This document shows positions 36,299 through 47,578 of a stretch of 64,000 nt of DNA, piece after piece. Position 1 is the first letter of the stretch; each line of letters opens with the position of its first letter. The stretch comes from Podarcis muralis (lineage: Eukaryota). The translations under genes and the position numbers were made by a program. The stretch is taken from positions 24,614,001 to 24,678,000 of the forward strand of contig NC_135667.1 in NCBI RefSeq assembly GCF_964188315.1, read 5' to 3'. Below the pieces are notes generated by a model. It was not told where the DNA came from. It did no database searches and was given only the letters and a program-made list of their open reading frames with translations.

Positions 36299-36929
36299 TT
36301 CCCACAGCTAATAGACCTCATTGTTGGTAGATACACACAGAGGGCTAGGTTTCAAAGAAAAATTAAGAAAGATCAAAGAACTGGGTGAACTACATGCCTT
36401 GTCTGCCCATTGCAGACATTGTTGAAACAAGATAAGTTCAACGTACACATACATGCAACATAATACTTCAAAGTCTTCTTCCTGAGCAACTGGATTCTCT
36501 CTTTTGAAAACTGCTTCATTTGAACCGATAAGAGATTTACACCTGAAACCAGTGGTGCTTATTTCAATAATGTGAGTGAGTACATCCATTTACAACCATT
36601 TAATAGTAAAATTCAACGCACAAAGTATGTCTCATAAAATTTAGTGGGACTTCATCCCAGCTAAGTGTTCACAGGATTGCAACCTACATTACTAAAATAT
36701 ACCTGTTTTGTTATTAAAATATAAATTGTAAGATTTCAATCCAGAAGTTATAACACTATACCTCTTGATGAATTGCAATTTAGTAGTTTCATGGTGCAAT
36801 CTCCTTTTGCAGTTTCTTTTTTCAAGTGCAACCATATTAAGCTCAAAAAATACTCTCTCCAAATTCAGTCGGATGAATTTCTATGGGTGCTGGAACTACT
36901 AAGAGGGAATCTTTTCCAATCTTAACACA

Positions 36930-37130
36930 AGACAGAGTCTGTCGGGAAAGAGGCAATCTCAGATAATAGGAGACCAATTCACTTAGCATTCTAATATGTA
37001 ATATGAGTAGTATAATTGTGGCCAGAAACTAATTTGTAACCACTGCAGGTGTTTTGTGAGTTCAAAATTGAACCCTGGTCAGTAATAAGACTACTGCATT
37101 TTGAACCAGCTGAAATTTCTGAGATATCTA
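36930..37130 (-). mobile_element. Ancient L2 fragment in OR-6 intron
   Basis: Near-identical to 19890-20100. Confidence 0.5.
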
Positions 37131-37445
37131 CCTATTTTTCTGAAGGATAGAGTAATTATGCAGATTTCCTCCTGTACCCCCAAAGATTCTCATCTACTCC
37201 AGATGCATTTATGACATCCACTTTGTTGTACTATGAGGAAAATATTGAAGGGGCAATAAGAATATCACAGTCCTCCCTACGCGAACCACACATTTCATGG
37301 TGGATTGCAGCACTGCCCATAACATTAATAAATATGAATTTAAAATATCTGCATATAAGCATTAAATGAAATGGAGAATCAGTTCTGATATTTTGTGGGA
37401 TTTTCTATCCCTCACAGATAGCAGGCAATCTTGTGTGACATAAAA

Positions 37446-38414
37446 ATGGACAATCTGACATCCACATCTGGATTTCTACTTCTAGAATTTTCTCAGAACC
37501 GAGAACTACAGATACTACACTTCCTTGTGTTCCTAGGACTATACTTGTTAACGGTAATCGGGAATCTTTTGATCATCTTTTTAATAGCCCTTGACCATCA
37601 CCTGCATACACCAATGTACTTCTTCCTCATGAACTTGGCCGTTTCTGATATTGGCTCAGTTACTGTCATTCAACCCAAATCCATGGTTAATTCAATCATG
37701 AATAACAGACACATTTCGTATGCTGCATGTGTCACTCAAGTTTTCTTCTTTTTCCTCTTTGGATGCTCTGATTTTACCCTGTTAACCATAATGGCACATG
37801 ACAGGTATGTTGCCATATGTAATCCACTGCAATATGAAATAGTTATGAACAAAGGGGCCTGCATTCAGATGATTACCATTGCATGGATCACCAGTATTCT
37901 CTATGCTGTGCTACACACTGCAGGCACATTTTCCATTACGTTCTGTTCCAGTCGTGTTGATCAATTCTTCTGTGAAGTCCCAAAACTACTAAAATTGTCC
38001 TGCTCTGACTTATACCTAGTTCAAGTTGGACTCCTTTTATTTAGCTGTATTTCAGTTTTTGGATGCTTTGTCTTCATCATTGTAACTTACGCATGGATTT
38101 TGAGTACAGTCCTCAAAATGCCTTCTGAACAGGGACGGCATAAGGCCCTCTCCACCTGCCTTCCCCACCTCATGGTTGTCTCTGTCTTCATTTTCACTGC
38201 AGTCTTTGCCTACATCAGACCACCTAGTAATAGCTCATCTGGCCTGGATCTAGTCTTTGCTGTGATATATACTATTCTTCCCCCTATGCTCAACCCATTC
38301 ATCTATAGCATAAGAAACAAAGAGATCCAGACTGCATTGTGGAAACAATTGAATCTTAAGCAATTTCCTGACACTGTTCCTAGATGTATCCAGAAATGCT
38401 TGGGATTTCCTTGA
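37446..38414 (+). CDS. OR-6: olfactory receptor, OR14-like, intact
   Basis: First ATG at 37446 (the ORF track uses an upstream TTG); all OR motifs present. Confidence 0.97.
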   Translation: MDNLTSTSGFLLLEFSQNRELQILHFLVFLGLYLLTVIGNLLIIFLIALDHHLHTPMYFFLMNLAVSDIGSVTVIQPKSMVNSIMNNRHISYAACVTQVFFFFLFGCSDFTLLTIMAHDRYVAICNPLQYEIVMNKGACIQMITIAWITSILYAVLHTAGTFSITFCSSRVDQFFCEVPKLLKLSCSDLYLVQVGLLLFSCISVFGCFVFIIVTYAWILSTVLKMPSEQGRHKALSTCLPHLMVVSVFIFTAVFAYIRPPSNSSSGLDLVFAVIYTILPPMLNPFIYSIRNKEIQTALWKQLNLKQFPDTVPRCIQKCLGFP

Positions 38415-38980
38415 ACAGTCCTGCCCAGGCGTTGAAATTGTTGAGATCTGCGAAAGAATTCCTATCACTGGAGACAGATAAAATGTGGGGCCACAGGGGT
38501 GGTCTTCCATGTCTGCTAGTAGTTATCATGTTCGCTACATATTATCTCTTTTAATTTATATTGATGTTTTAAAATATATTCTATCTATTGGCTCTGTTTA
38601 GCTTTGCTGGGGTGGTTTCTTTATTATTGAAGATATATGCTTGTTTTAAATGATGCTGACGGTGGCATATTTTAGTCTTATTGATGTACAGCCTGAGATC
38701 TCTGCATTAAGCATAGATGTAAATATGTTGCCTCCCATGTTTAACTATGTTTGCTTGCACCATTTTAGCTTTTCAGCACATGTATGTACAATCTCCCTGC
38801 ATTCCATGCATGCTTTTCTGGAGTCTTTAAGAAAGAAGGATTGTAGGATTAACTTTCTGTTTTTCTATTAATGTGTGATATTGATGCCTGGTATTAATGG
38901 TGTATTTTTCTCAAGCGTCTCATGTGGGAACAGTTGGGCTAATGCCATTACTTTTCAAAATGGCAACAGCAAGTCAATCT

Positions 38981-39463
38981 ACCAATATTTCTGTGAAATC
39001 CAAAACTACTAAAATTGTGTTGCTCTGACTTATACCTAGTTGAAGTTGGACATCTTGTGTTTAGCTGTATATCTGTGTTTGGATGCTTTGTTTTCATCAT
39101 TGTAACTTATGTGTGGATCTTGACTGCAGTCCTCAAAATGCCTTCTGAACAGGGACGCCATAAAGCCCTCTCCACCTGCCTGCCCCACCTCCTTGTTGTC
39201 TCTCTGCTTATGTTCACTGGACTCTTTACCTATATCGGACAACCGATGAGTAACAGCTCATGTGGCCTAGATCTTTTCTTTGCTGTGATATATACTATTC
39301 TTCCCCCTATGCTCACCCCATTCATCTGTAGCATGAGAAACAAAGAGATCCAGACTCTTGGACTCTGTGGAAACAATCAAATCTTAAGCAATTTCCTGAC
39401 ACTATTCCCAGGTTTATTCTGAAATGTTTGTGATTTCCTTTTATAGCCCTTCCTAGGAGTTGA
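38981..39463 (+). pseudogene. OR 3'-half pseudogene (ECL2 to C-terminus), mosaic, frameshifted near 39355
   Basis: CSDLYLVEVG...KALSTCLPHL...PPMLTPFICSMRN. No 5' half; the tail matches the OR-4 3' end. Confidence 0.92.
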
Positions 39464-39884
39464 GATCTGCTGGGGTTGCAGGCATGAAAAGTATGCAGCA
39501 GAACAATTTAGAATACACATGTGTTGTTGCCCCGTACTCCATAGATATTATTTTGTTGAGTTTTGAAAAATTAAACCATTATTACAGTTCATCGTAGTGT
39601 CACCCAGATAGACTGTGAACAGGGTAACTTTGCTATTGCAACAATCCCTACCCTGGACCTTTCCATATCTTGTTGGCATCCAACTACTATCAGCCAGGAC
39701 CACTTATCATCCTGTTTTGGGTTGAAGGGAGATGGTGTCAAACAAAATATCAAAGGCCATTGGTTCCCCACTCACTTAAATTGATTGGTTTTCTATTGTC
39801 ATCTAAAAGCAATGCATGGTATTAAAGTAACAGCATTTATTCCCCCCGTGTTGTTTTCCGTGTTGTTATTGGCTAAACCAAATG

Positions 39885-40034
39885 GTCTTTGCTGTGATGT
39901 ATGCTATACTTCCTTCATCATTAAATCCCTTCATTTATAGCTTGAGAAACGAAGAGATCCAGACTGCATTGCAGAAGCTATTGAATCTTAAATGCTTGTA
40001 TGGCACTGTTCCCAGATTTGTTCTGAAAAGCTAA
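39885..40034 (+). pseudogene. OR-5-like TM7/C-terminal fragment
   Basis: gtctttgctgtgat...ttaaatcccttcatttatagcttgagaaac...ctgaaaagctaa aligns to 28638-28787, and the 3' flank continues in register. Confidence 0.9.
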
Positions 40035-41123
40035 AATATTGTAGAGCCCTGCCTGGGAGGTGATATCTTACACGGAGACACTTATTAGTGTCCCATCACT
40101 GGGGGACATGTGGGTGGGCCTGCTCCCATGGCATGTGGTTACATTTTTCATAGCGGAACAGTTAGGGCCAGAGGCGCTAGCTTGCGAGGGATGTGGGGGG
40201 ACAATGTCATGAGTGTGACATTGTGATGTCCTGATGTCGAGCACATGAGCATTGCACCTCCCACCCTAAGCTGGGCATAAGCTTCCCAGGCTTTGCGAAG
40301 GAGGTGCTAGGGGTCTGACAGGATGCTGGAATCCTCCTGCCTCCTTCCAAAAGCCGGATAAGGTTTGGGAAGATGGCAGGATGGATCTTGGACCCATCGG
40401 AGCCTCGCGCCTAAATCCTAAATCCGGGCAGAAGCTTCCTGGGCTTCAGTAAGGAGGCACCAGGGGAACATCTAAGGGACTAGCCTAGGACTCAGCTATA
40501 CAACTGAAAATAAAATATTTTAAGTGTGTTTTAAGTGCAATATACAATGTGACACTAGATGGTGATGGTGAGCCTTATGGAAAATTCAGTGTGTTTTTAA
40601 GAGAGCTTTTAAAACAGCATTTTCAGAATGGTTTTTATATGTGTGTAGATTCCACCCTAGTCCCCTTAGGCCAATGACTGCATGCAACTGGCCTGCTCCA
40701 TGGTGGCTCCCCAGCTTTGGAATTACATTTCATTTGAGATTTCACAGGCATCCATGCTGGGGGTTTCCCCCTGACCCACCTCTGATTCATTTCACGCTGA
40801 GCTCCTTGTTTTATTATTGTTAGTATATTCATGTTTTCACTGCTGTTGATTAAATTTTATTGTAGGTTGATTGGATAACAGGATATCAGTATTTTAAATA
40901 AATAAATAGTAATGCCTTTTCTATATCAGAATACTCCCCCAGTTCACTGTTAACCTTGCCTGCAGAGTCACACAATAGGCGTGAGTCATCACCATCCATA
41001 TCATTATGATGTATGCCATTATTATTTTTAAAGTGTGCCATACATGTATACCATGGACGAGTGGAACTTGTCAACACTCAAGCACTGCCGCCAATAGAGT
41101 GGCACCTTGTGTTTATTGAAGTA

Positions 41124-41215
41124 ATAATAATAATAACAATAATTTTATTATTTGTACCCCGCTCATCTGATTGGGTTGCCTCAGCCACTCTGGGCAGCTT
41201 CCAACATACCAGTAT
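41124..41215 (-). mobile_element. L2 3' tail remnant
   Basis: aataataa...tacccc gctcatctg...cagccactctgggcagcttccaaca. Confidence 0.65.
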
Positions 41216-41255
41216 ATAAAAACATAATAAAACATTACACAGTCTTTCAAGTGCT

Positions 41256-41275
41256 AGAAGAAGAAGAAGAAGAAG

Positions 41276-41304
<29 letters not shown>
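41256..41304. repeat. (GAA)n microsatellite
   Basis: Direct tandem run. Confidence 0.95.
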
Positions 41305-41306
<2 letters not shown>

Positions 41307-41329
41307 CACCCTTTTCCATTTTGTGCTTT

Positions 41330-42720
41330 TTCTTTTTAAGATTTTATTTATACTTTTAATTTTACGACAAACACAAAACAAGAATTTGAATTATTCCACA
41401 TCATATTTTGACTCCCTTCCCCCCTATTTGTGGTTTCCTACATTTATACTGTTTTATACTGCAATTCTAAGTTAACCTTATTTATTGTTTATCCCAGATA
41501 GTCAAAATATGTTTTCTGTCACTGCACAGTTTTACTATAGTCCTGCTAATGTCTTAATTTGTTTACAATAATTTTGTAAATATCCAATAAACAGTTTCCA
41601 TTCTACATTTAAAAAATTATCTTGATTTCTTATTCTAAAATTCCTATAATTCCTAAAAGAAAAGCCTCTGGTTTCTTAATAAAAGTTATTTTAAACATTT
41701 TTTTCAATTCACCATATAGCATTTCCCAGTAGACTTTTACCTTATTACAAGTCCACCACATATGGAAAAAGGTAACTTCTTTACTTTTACACTTCCAACA
41801 GGTATTTTGTATAGAGTTACACATTTTTAGAATCATAGAATCATAGAGTTTGAATAGACCACAAGGGCCATCGAGTCCAACCCCCTGCCAAGCAGGAAAC
41901 ACCATCAGAGCACTCCTGACATATGGTTGTCAAGCCTCTGCTTAAAGACCTCCAAAGAAGGAGACTCCACCACACTCCTTGGCAGCAAATTCCACTGTCG
42001 AACAGCTCTTACTGTCAGGAAGTTCTTCCTAATGTTTAGGTGGAATCTTCTTTCTTGTAGTTTGGATCCATTGCTCCGTGTCCGCTTCTCTGGAGCAGCA
42101 GAAAACAACCTTTCTCCCTCCTCTATGTGACATCCTTTTATATATTTGAACATGGCTATCATGTAACCTCCTCTTCTCCAGGCTAAACATGCCCAGCTCC
42201 CTTAGCCGTTCCTCATAAGGCATCGTTTCCAGGCCTTTGACCATTTTGGTTGCCCTCCTCTGGACACGTTCCAGTTTGTCAGTGTCCTTCTTGAACTGTG
42301 GTGCCCAGAACTGGACACAGTACTCCAGGTGAGGTCTGACCAGAGCAGAATACAGTGGCACTATTACTTCCCTTGATCTAGATACTATACTCCTATTGAT
42401 GCAGCCCAGAATTGCATTGGCTTTTTTAGCTGCTGCGTCACACTGTTGGCTCATGTCAAGTTTGTGGTCAACCAAGACTCCTAGATCCTTTTCACATGTA
42501 CTGCTCTCAAGCCAGGTGTTTTTGCTAATCCACTGGGTGTCAAATACCATCTATACATCATTTTCATATACAGGTAGTTTTTCCTCAAACCATAACTTGC
42601 TATAAACCTTAGATCTATATTCCACAACCACTCCCAAGCCAACATTTCAATATTATGACCAATATTCATTGCCCGATGTATCATTGAGGATTTCACTTGT
42701 TCATCCACTCTGTGCTTCAT
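41330..42720 (-). mobile_element. L1/Tx1-type LINE 3' fragment split by a CR1 insertion
   Basis: [12 protein letters not shown] | MCNSIQNTCWKCKSKEVTFFHMWWTC...KPEAFLLGI: zf-RVT C-terminus colinear with 49936-50844. Confidence 0.85.
41829..42518 (-). mobile_element. 5'-truncated CR1 LINE
   Basis: EKDLGVLVD...[18 protein letters not shown]...[12 protein letters not shown] and RKNFLTVRAVRQWNLLP; (ATTCT)n-type tail; ttttt TSD. Confidence 0.95.
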
Positions 42721-43149
42721 TTTAAATCAGAAGATTAGACTGAAACTGGAGATTCATGTTGTACTCCCACAAAGCAATGTAAAAAATGCAATGCTATGAT
42801 GTAACTTTCTTCTTCAGATATAAGATAGATGGGAATGGCTTCAGATTCTTGGCACAATCAAACTCATCTGATTTTGTATCTCTAATACTGGAGACTGTAG
42901 GAGAAGGAACTGCTGAAATGGTCAAACCAGTCTCTTTGTTAAGGTAATAACCCCAGCCAGCCTGCTAAGTATCCTTTTTACATGTCTTTTGACCTGGACA
43001 AGTTTGTCTAGTCTCCAGTGGAGCTCTGAAGACAAAGAGATTTGACTTCCTCTCTGTGTTGAAGCTGAATTTATGGGTTTAGGGCTCTGTGGGAACCTAA
43101 TAGAGGAGAAAGATAGATTTGCCCTCACGGTCACATAACGACCATGGCA

Positions 43150-43434
43150 GGTGAAGGGAGGGCCACAAGAATGAACACAGAAGACTGGTATTGGGTTGAA
43201 TTAGGCCAAAACTTTATTAATTACAGGAAAGAGTTGGTTTGGCTAAGGCACTGGGCATGTATCCAGCATCAGGCAGACTACCTTCCACCTGATAGGAATG
43301 TGGTGGGGTTGAACGTGTGTTGGACAGTTGCCCCCAACATGGATTGGATACCACGACCCCACACAAGCCACCATTGTGAGAGGTGTATGGGCCCATTGGT
43401 CCCCCAGTGGACTTCTGGACAGAGTCACCCCTCC
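43150..43434 (-). mobile_element. Ngaro B-like remnant
   Basis: ggccaaaactttattaattacagg...tggctaaggcactgg resembles ggccacaactttattgattacag...tggcttaggcattgg of B1/B2. Confidence 0.55.
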
Positions 43435-43879
43435 TGTAGGAGAAGGAACTGCAGTCTCTTTTTTAAGCACCCTTTTTTACATGTCTCAAGACTTTGTTCC
43501 TCATCCCCTACAGCTTGATGCCACGTAATCCTAGGTGTAGGAATTTGTCATTGTGTAGACTTATGTGGGGCTAGGAACACAAATACATGATTAACTGAAA
43601 CCTAAATTATGGCATGAGGAGGGAAGGACTCTTTAGAACCCTAGAACCCTGAAGGAGGAGAAAGATGTGTTGGGCAGTTAATGTTATGGCCCTTCCATCC
43701 TTTGCTCAGGAGTGTGTGTGTGTGTGTATGTGTGTGTGTGTGTGTGTGTGTACCATATATAACAAAAGACCAGACTCCACTGACTTAATGACTTTCATTC
43801 TAAGAACACCAAAATTGAAGTTAAGTGCTTGTGTAACTTATTTTAAATATATATATTGTATTATTATTATTAATAACAA

Positions 43880-44400
43880 TACTATTAATAATAAACACTT
43901 TTATTGATCTTATAACATTGCACTTTGTAGGCAAGACGTTGTACATCAAACAACCTTTCTTGTCAGGAAAAAAAGAAAATAAATGAAGTAAAAAGGGAGG
44001 GAAATAACATAAAGAAAAATGATGTGTGAATTAGAAAAGGGGCAACATAACAAAACAAAAAAATAGATTGAAAGGGAAAATATCATCATTTACATTGTAA
44101 TTCCAGAAATGTAAAAATAAAACCCATCACTCAATAAATTTGTTTTCTTGATAATTATGTATTGTTTTATGTAATTATGTAAGTTTTATCATTAAGATAA
44201 ATTTGCCAGGTTTTCCTTAGCCAATGACTTGTACCTTTTTCTTGATTTTATTTGTTTTTTTGTAAACTACTTTGAGTCTTGTTTTTTTAAATAAGTGTGG
44301 GGGGTATTTTTCCAATTTTTGTGCAATATACCATTTTGCGGTTAGCAGTGTAGCAACTTGCTGTAAATCAATATTACTAACTTCAGAATGAACTTTCAAA
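43880..44400 (-). mobile_element. Degenerate L1 3' end
   Basis: ATLLTAKWYIAQKL-like remnant of the L1 C-terminus, followed by an A-rich 3' UTR. Confidence 0.4.
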
Positions 44401-45118
44401 AAGAAGAGTTATTTTAGGGTTTCTGGGAAGATCATAGCCTGTACTTCTTTCAGTATTTCCCCTCAGAAATTCTTAATGTATTTTAATAAGGGATTCTTAG
44501 CGAAGAACTTATACAGATGTAAGTAATATAAAACAAACATCAAAGAGCAGTACATAAATAAGGCTCTTACATGAATGATATAATTTACACAAGTGTCATA
44601 AAAAAATTAAAACAGAGCACTGTCATACTGAACTTCTATGTTTCAGATTGAGTCAGCAGAAAACCTTTTCTGAAGCTTGGTATTTGTTCTGGTTTATCTC
44701 TACAGCAGTTCTTTCAAATGGATTGACACTTGGGAACTAAAACTTGCAGCTAAAACAAAAACATCAACTAACAAGAACTTACAGTGCTGCAGACATTCCT
44801 AACTCATTTTAAAACTTATGGGGAACATCATAAGATTCAGGGCCCTAGAGAAAGGAGACAACAGGCATAACCCAAATTACTCTGAGATAATGAATTTGCT
44901 GCCCATAATAGTGGCCACGTCTTGCCTCAAATTTCCCACTGAATATGTGCAACCTTGTTATAGTGCTATACATAAGTGGATTACCTTCTGCCCTCATAAC
45001 AACATGTAGTAGATTCCAGGTCAGTATCCCAGAGGCATTAAAGAGATGTCAGAAATTTGTTCTAAGAGTGGCACTCAACCTCTCATGAAAAAAATATTTA
45101 TTTGTTCACTGGCAATTA

Positions 45119-45360
45119 CAGTGGTACCTCGAGTTAAATACGCTTCAGGTTACATACACTTCAGGTTACAGACTCCACTAACCCAGAAATAGTGCTTCAG
45201 GTTAAGAACTTTGCTTCAGGATGAGAACAGAAATCGTGCTGCAGTGGCGCAGCAGCACTAGGAGGCTCCATTAGCTAAAGTGGTGCTTCAGGTTAAGAAC
45301 AGTTTCTGGTTAAGAACGGACCTCCGGAACAAATTAAGTACTTAACCCGAGGTACCACTG
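45119..45360. mobile_element. Tc1/pogo MITE
   Basis: TA-CAGTGGTACCTCG...CGAGGTACCACTG-TA. Confidence 0.92.
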
Positions 45361-45654
45361 TAGTCTCTTGGTAGACTTGTCTTATCTGGAAGGAAGCGTT
45401 TACGTTTTTCAAAATGTCTCTGGTCTTTTAATGAAGGAATTTGGGGGCAATTGGAGAGAAACATATATATATACCAAAATGTTTATATGCATTCAATTTA
45501 GCGGATGCCAATGCTATAACCTAAACTCCCATCATCCTTTACCATTGTCCACACAGGCTGAAGCTGATGAGAGTTGAAGTCTAAAACAGATGGAAGGCAT
45601 CAGGTTGGCTGAAGCATAAGTTTGTATGAAGAGCTATCACCAAGACGTTTGTGC

Positions 45655-46620
45655 TTAGGAATGAAATTCAGAAAAGGGATTCTTAGAAGAGCCCTTCAGA
45701 TTCAGCATTTTCCACAGGGCAACCTTGATATCTTTGTTCCTCAAGCTGTAGATCAGTGGATTCATCAGGGGTGGAACCACAGAATATATAACTGCAAACG
45801 CCAAATCCAGATCAGATTGTGAATTAGCGGGAAGCCTGAGGTAGGCAAAAATTCCAGTGAATACAAACATGGAGACCACAATAAGGTGGGGAAGGCACGT
45901 GGAGAAGGCCTTTTGCCTTCCCTGCACCGAGGGAATTCTCAGCACTGTAGTGAAGATTTGCACATACGTTACAATGATGAAAATGAAGCAACCGAGCACT
46001 ATGCTAACACTCAGCACAAGAACACCAACTTCAACTAGGTATAAATCAGTGCAGGAGAGCTTGAGCAACTGTGGGATTTCACAGAAGAACTGATCAACCA
46101 CATTAGAGCAGAAGGAGTTTGCAAAAGTGCTACTCGTGTGTACTATTCCATAGACAAGGCCGCTTATCCACGCACTTGCAACCATTTTCATACAGGCTAC
46201 TTTGTTCATTATTGTCTCATACCGCAGCGGGTTGCAAATGGCAACATAGCGATCATGTGCCATCACTGTGAGGAGGGCGAAATCTGATGCTACAAAAAAG
46301 AGTAGGAAGAAAACCTGGGCAACACATCCAGAATGAGAAATCAATCTGGTATTAAAGAAGGAATTAACTATGGATTTAGGTATAGCTACAGAAATTGAAC
46401 CAAGGTCCAGCATTGCTAGGTTCATCAGGAAGAAGTACATGGGAGTGTGGAGGTGATTGTCAGAGACTATTGCAGATATGATGAGAAGATTTCCAGTCAC
46501 AGTTGCCAAGTACAATGCCAGGAATACAAAAAAGTGCAAGAGCTGCAGCTCTCGGATCTCAGAGAACTCCAGCAGTAGAAAATGGGACATGGAACTCATG
46601 TTGGCTGTAGTTTCCATCAT
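45655..46620 (-). CDS. OR-7: olfactory receptor, OR14-like, intact
   Basis: First ATG at 46620 (MMETTAN...); MAHDRYVAICNPLRYE, KAFSTCLPHL and PPLMNPLIYSLRN motifs; pyrimidine-rich acceptor upstream. Confidence 0.97.
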   Translation of the reverse strand: MMETTANMSSMSHFLLLEFSEIRELQLLHFFVFLALYLATVTGNLLIISAIVSDNHLHTPMYFFLMNLAMLDLGSISVAIPKSIVNSFFNTRLISHSGCVAQVFFLLFFVASDFALLTVMAHDRYVAICNPLRYETIMNKVACMKMVASAWISGLVYGIVHTSSTFANSFCSNVVDQFFCEIPQLLKLSCTDLYLVEVGVLVLSVSIVLGCFIFIIVTYVQIFTTVLRIPSVQGRQKAFSTCLPHLIVVSMFVFTGIFAYLRLPANSQSDLDLAFAVIYSVVPPLMNPLIYSLRNKDIKVALWKMLNLKGSSKNPFSEFHS

Positions 46621-46930
46621 TACAAATTGCACGCTATATCAAAAAAAGGGAAAAGAAATAGATACATGTAACACTTCACTAAAATCTGCCAAGTGTACTT
46701 GATTTGCATTCATGTCAGCATTTGTTGTCAATGGGCTGGGTAGCATGGGTCTTGCTTGAGGATACTTGAGGAATTCAATTTCTGTGAATTCTGAGGTGAA
46801 CTCAGTTGATCTACCCCTGCTAGACTCTTGCAGATCATGCCAAGATTATCCTTTACATTCTGCATTCCTTTGAATTCTGCAGTACAGTTCCAACTCAACC
46901 CCCCCCCCAAAAAAAAACTCTACTGGAATG

Positions 46931-47036
46931 TGTATTTGGATACAATATATTTAGAAATGCATATACTGATGTAAGATGTATAAGTATACATTTTATATCC
47001 ATGTATGCATTTCTAAATATATTGTATCCAAATACA
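46931..47036. repeat. Perfect 33-bp inverted repeat with 40-nt spacer
   Basis: tgtatttggatacaatatatttagaaatgcata (46931-46963) / tatgcatttctaaatatattgtatccaaataca (47004-47036). Confidence 0.95.
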
Positions 47037-47085
47037 TACCATATTTGGATTTAAGTAAATATATATGTTATATTAAAATACTTTA

Positions 47086-47280
47086 CAGTGGTACCTTGGT
47101 TTACAACCATGATCCGTTCTGGAAGTCTGGTTGTAAACCAAAACAGGTTGTAACCCAAGGTGTGCTTTCGCCAATGGGGCCTCCCCAAAAGAATGTGTTG
47201 TAATCCAAAAAAAAAGGGGCACGCACTTCCAGGTTTGATGTGGTTGTAATCCAAAATGGTTGCAAACCAAGGTACCACTG
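47086..47280. mobile_element. Tc1/pogo MITE (related subfamily)
   Basis: TA-CAGTGGTACCTTGGTTT...AAACCAAGGTACCACTG-TA. Confidence 0.9.
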
Positions 47281-47349
47281 TATATTAAAATAGACGTTGG
47301 AATCCAGATCGTAGTCTGGGAGTACTCCTACATTCCAATTTATCACTAG

Positions 47350-47578
47350 CAGTGGTTCCCAACCTTTTTTTGGGCCATGCTCCACCTAAGCATCTCTAAA
47401 ATCCTGATTCCCTCCCCCCCCCATTGATATATAATTCTTATTATTCAAAAAGTGAACTCCTATTCACATGGAGGAAGTCTAAAAGGCCATTGACTTGGTT
47501 TGACTCATTCTCAGATTGCCCCCCTTAAAAATGAAATTGCTCCCCTCTTGGGTGTGTGCCCCACGTTGGGAACCACGG
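47350..47578. mobile_element. hAT-Charlie-like MITE
   Basis: CAGTGGTTCCCAAC ... GTTGGGAACCACGG; cactag on both flanks. Confidence 0.75.
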
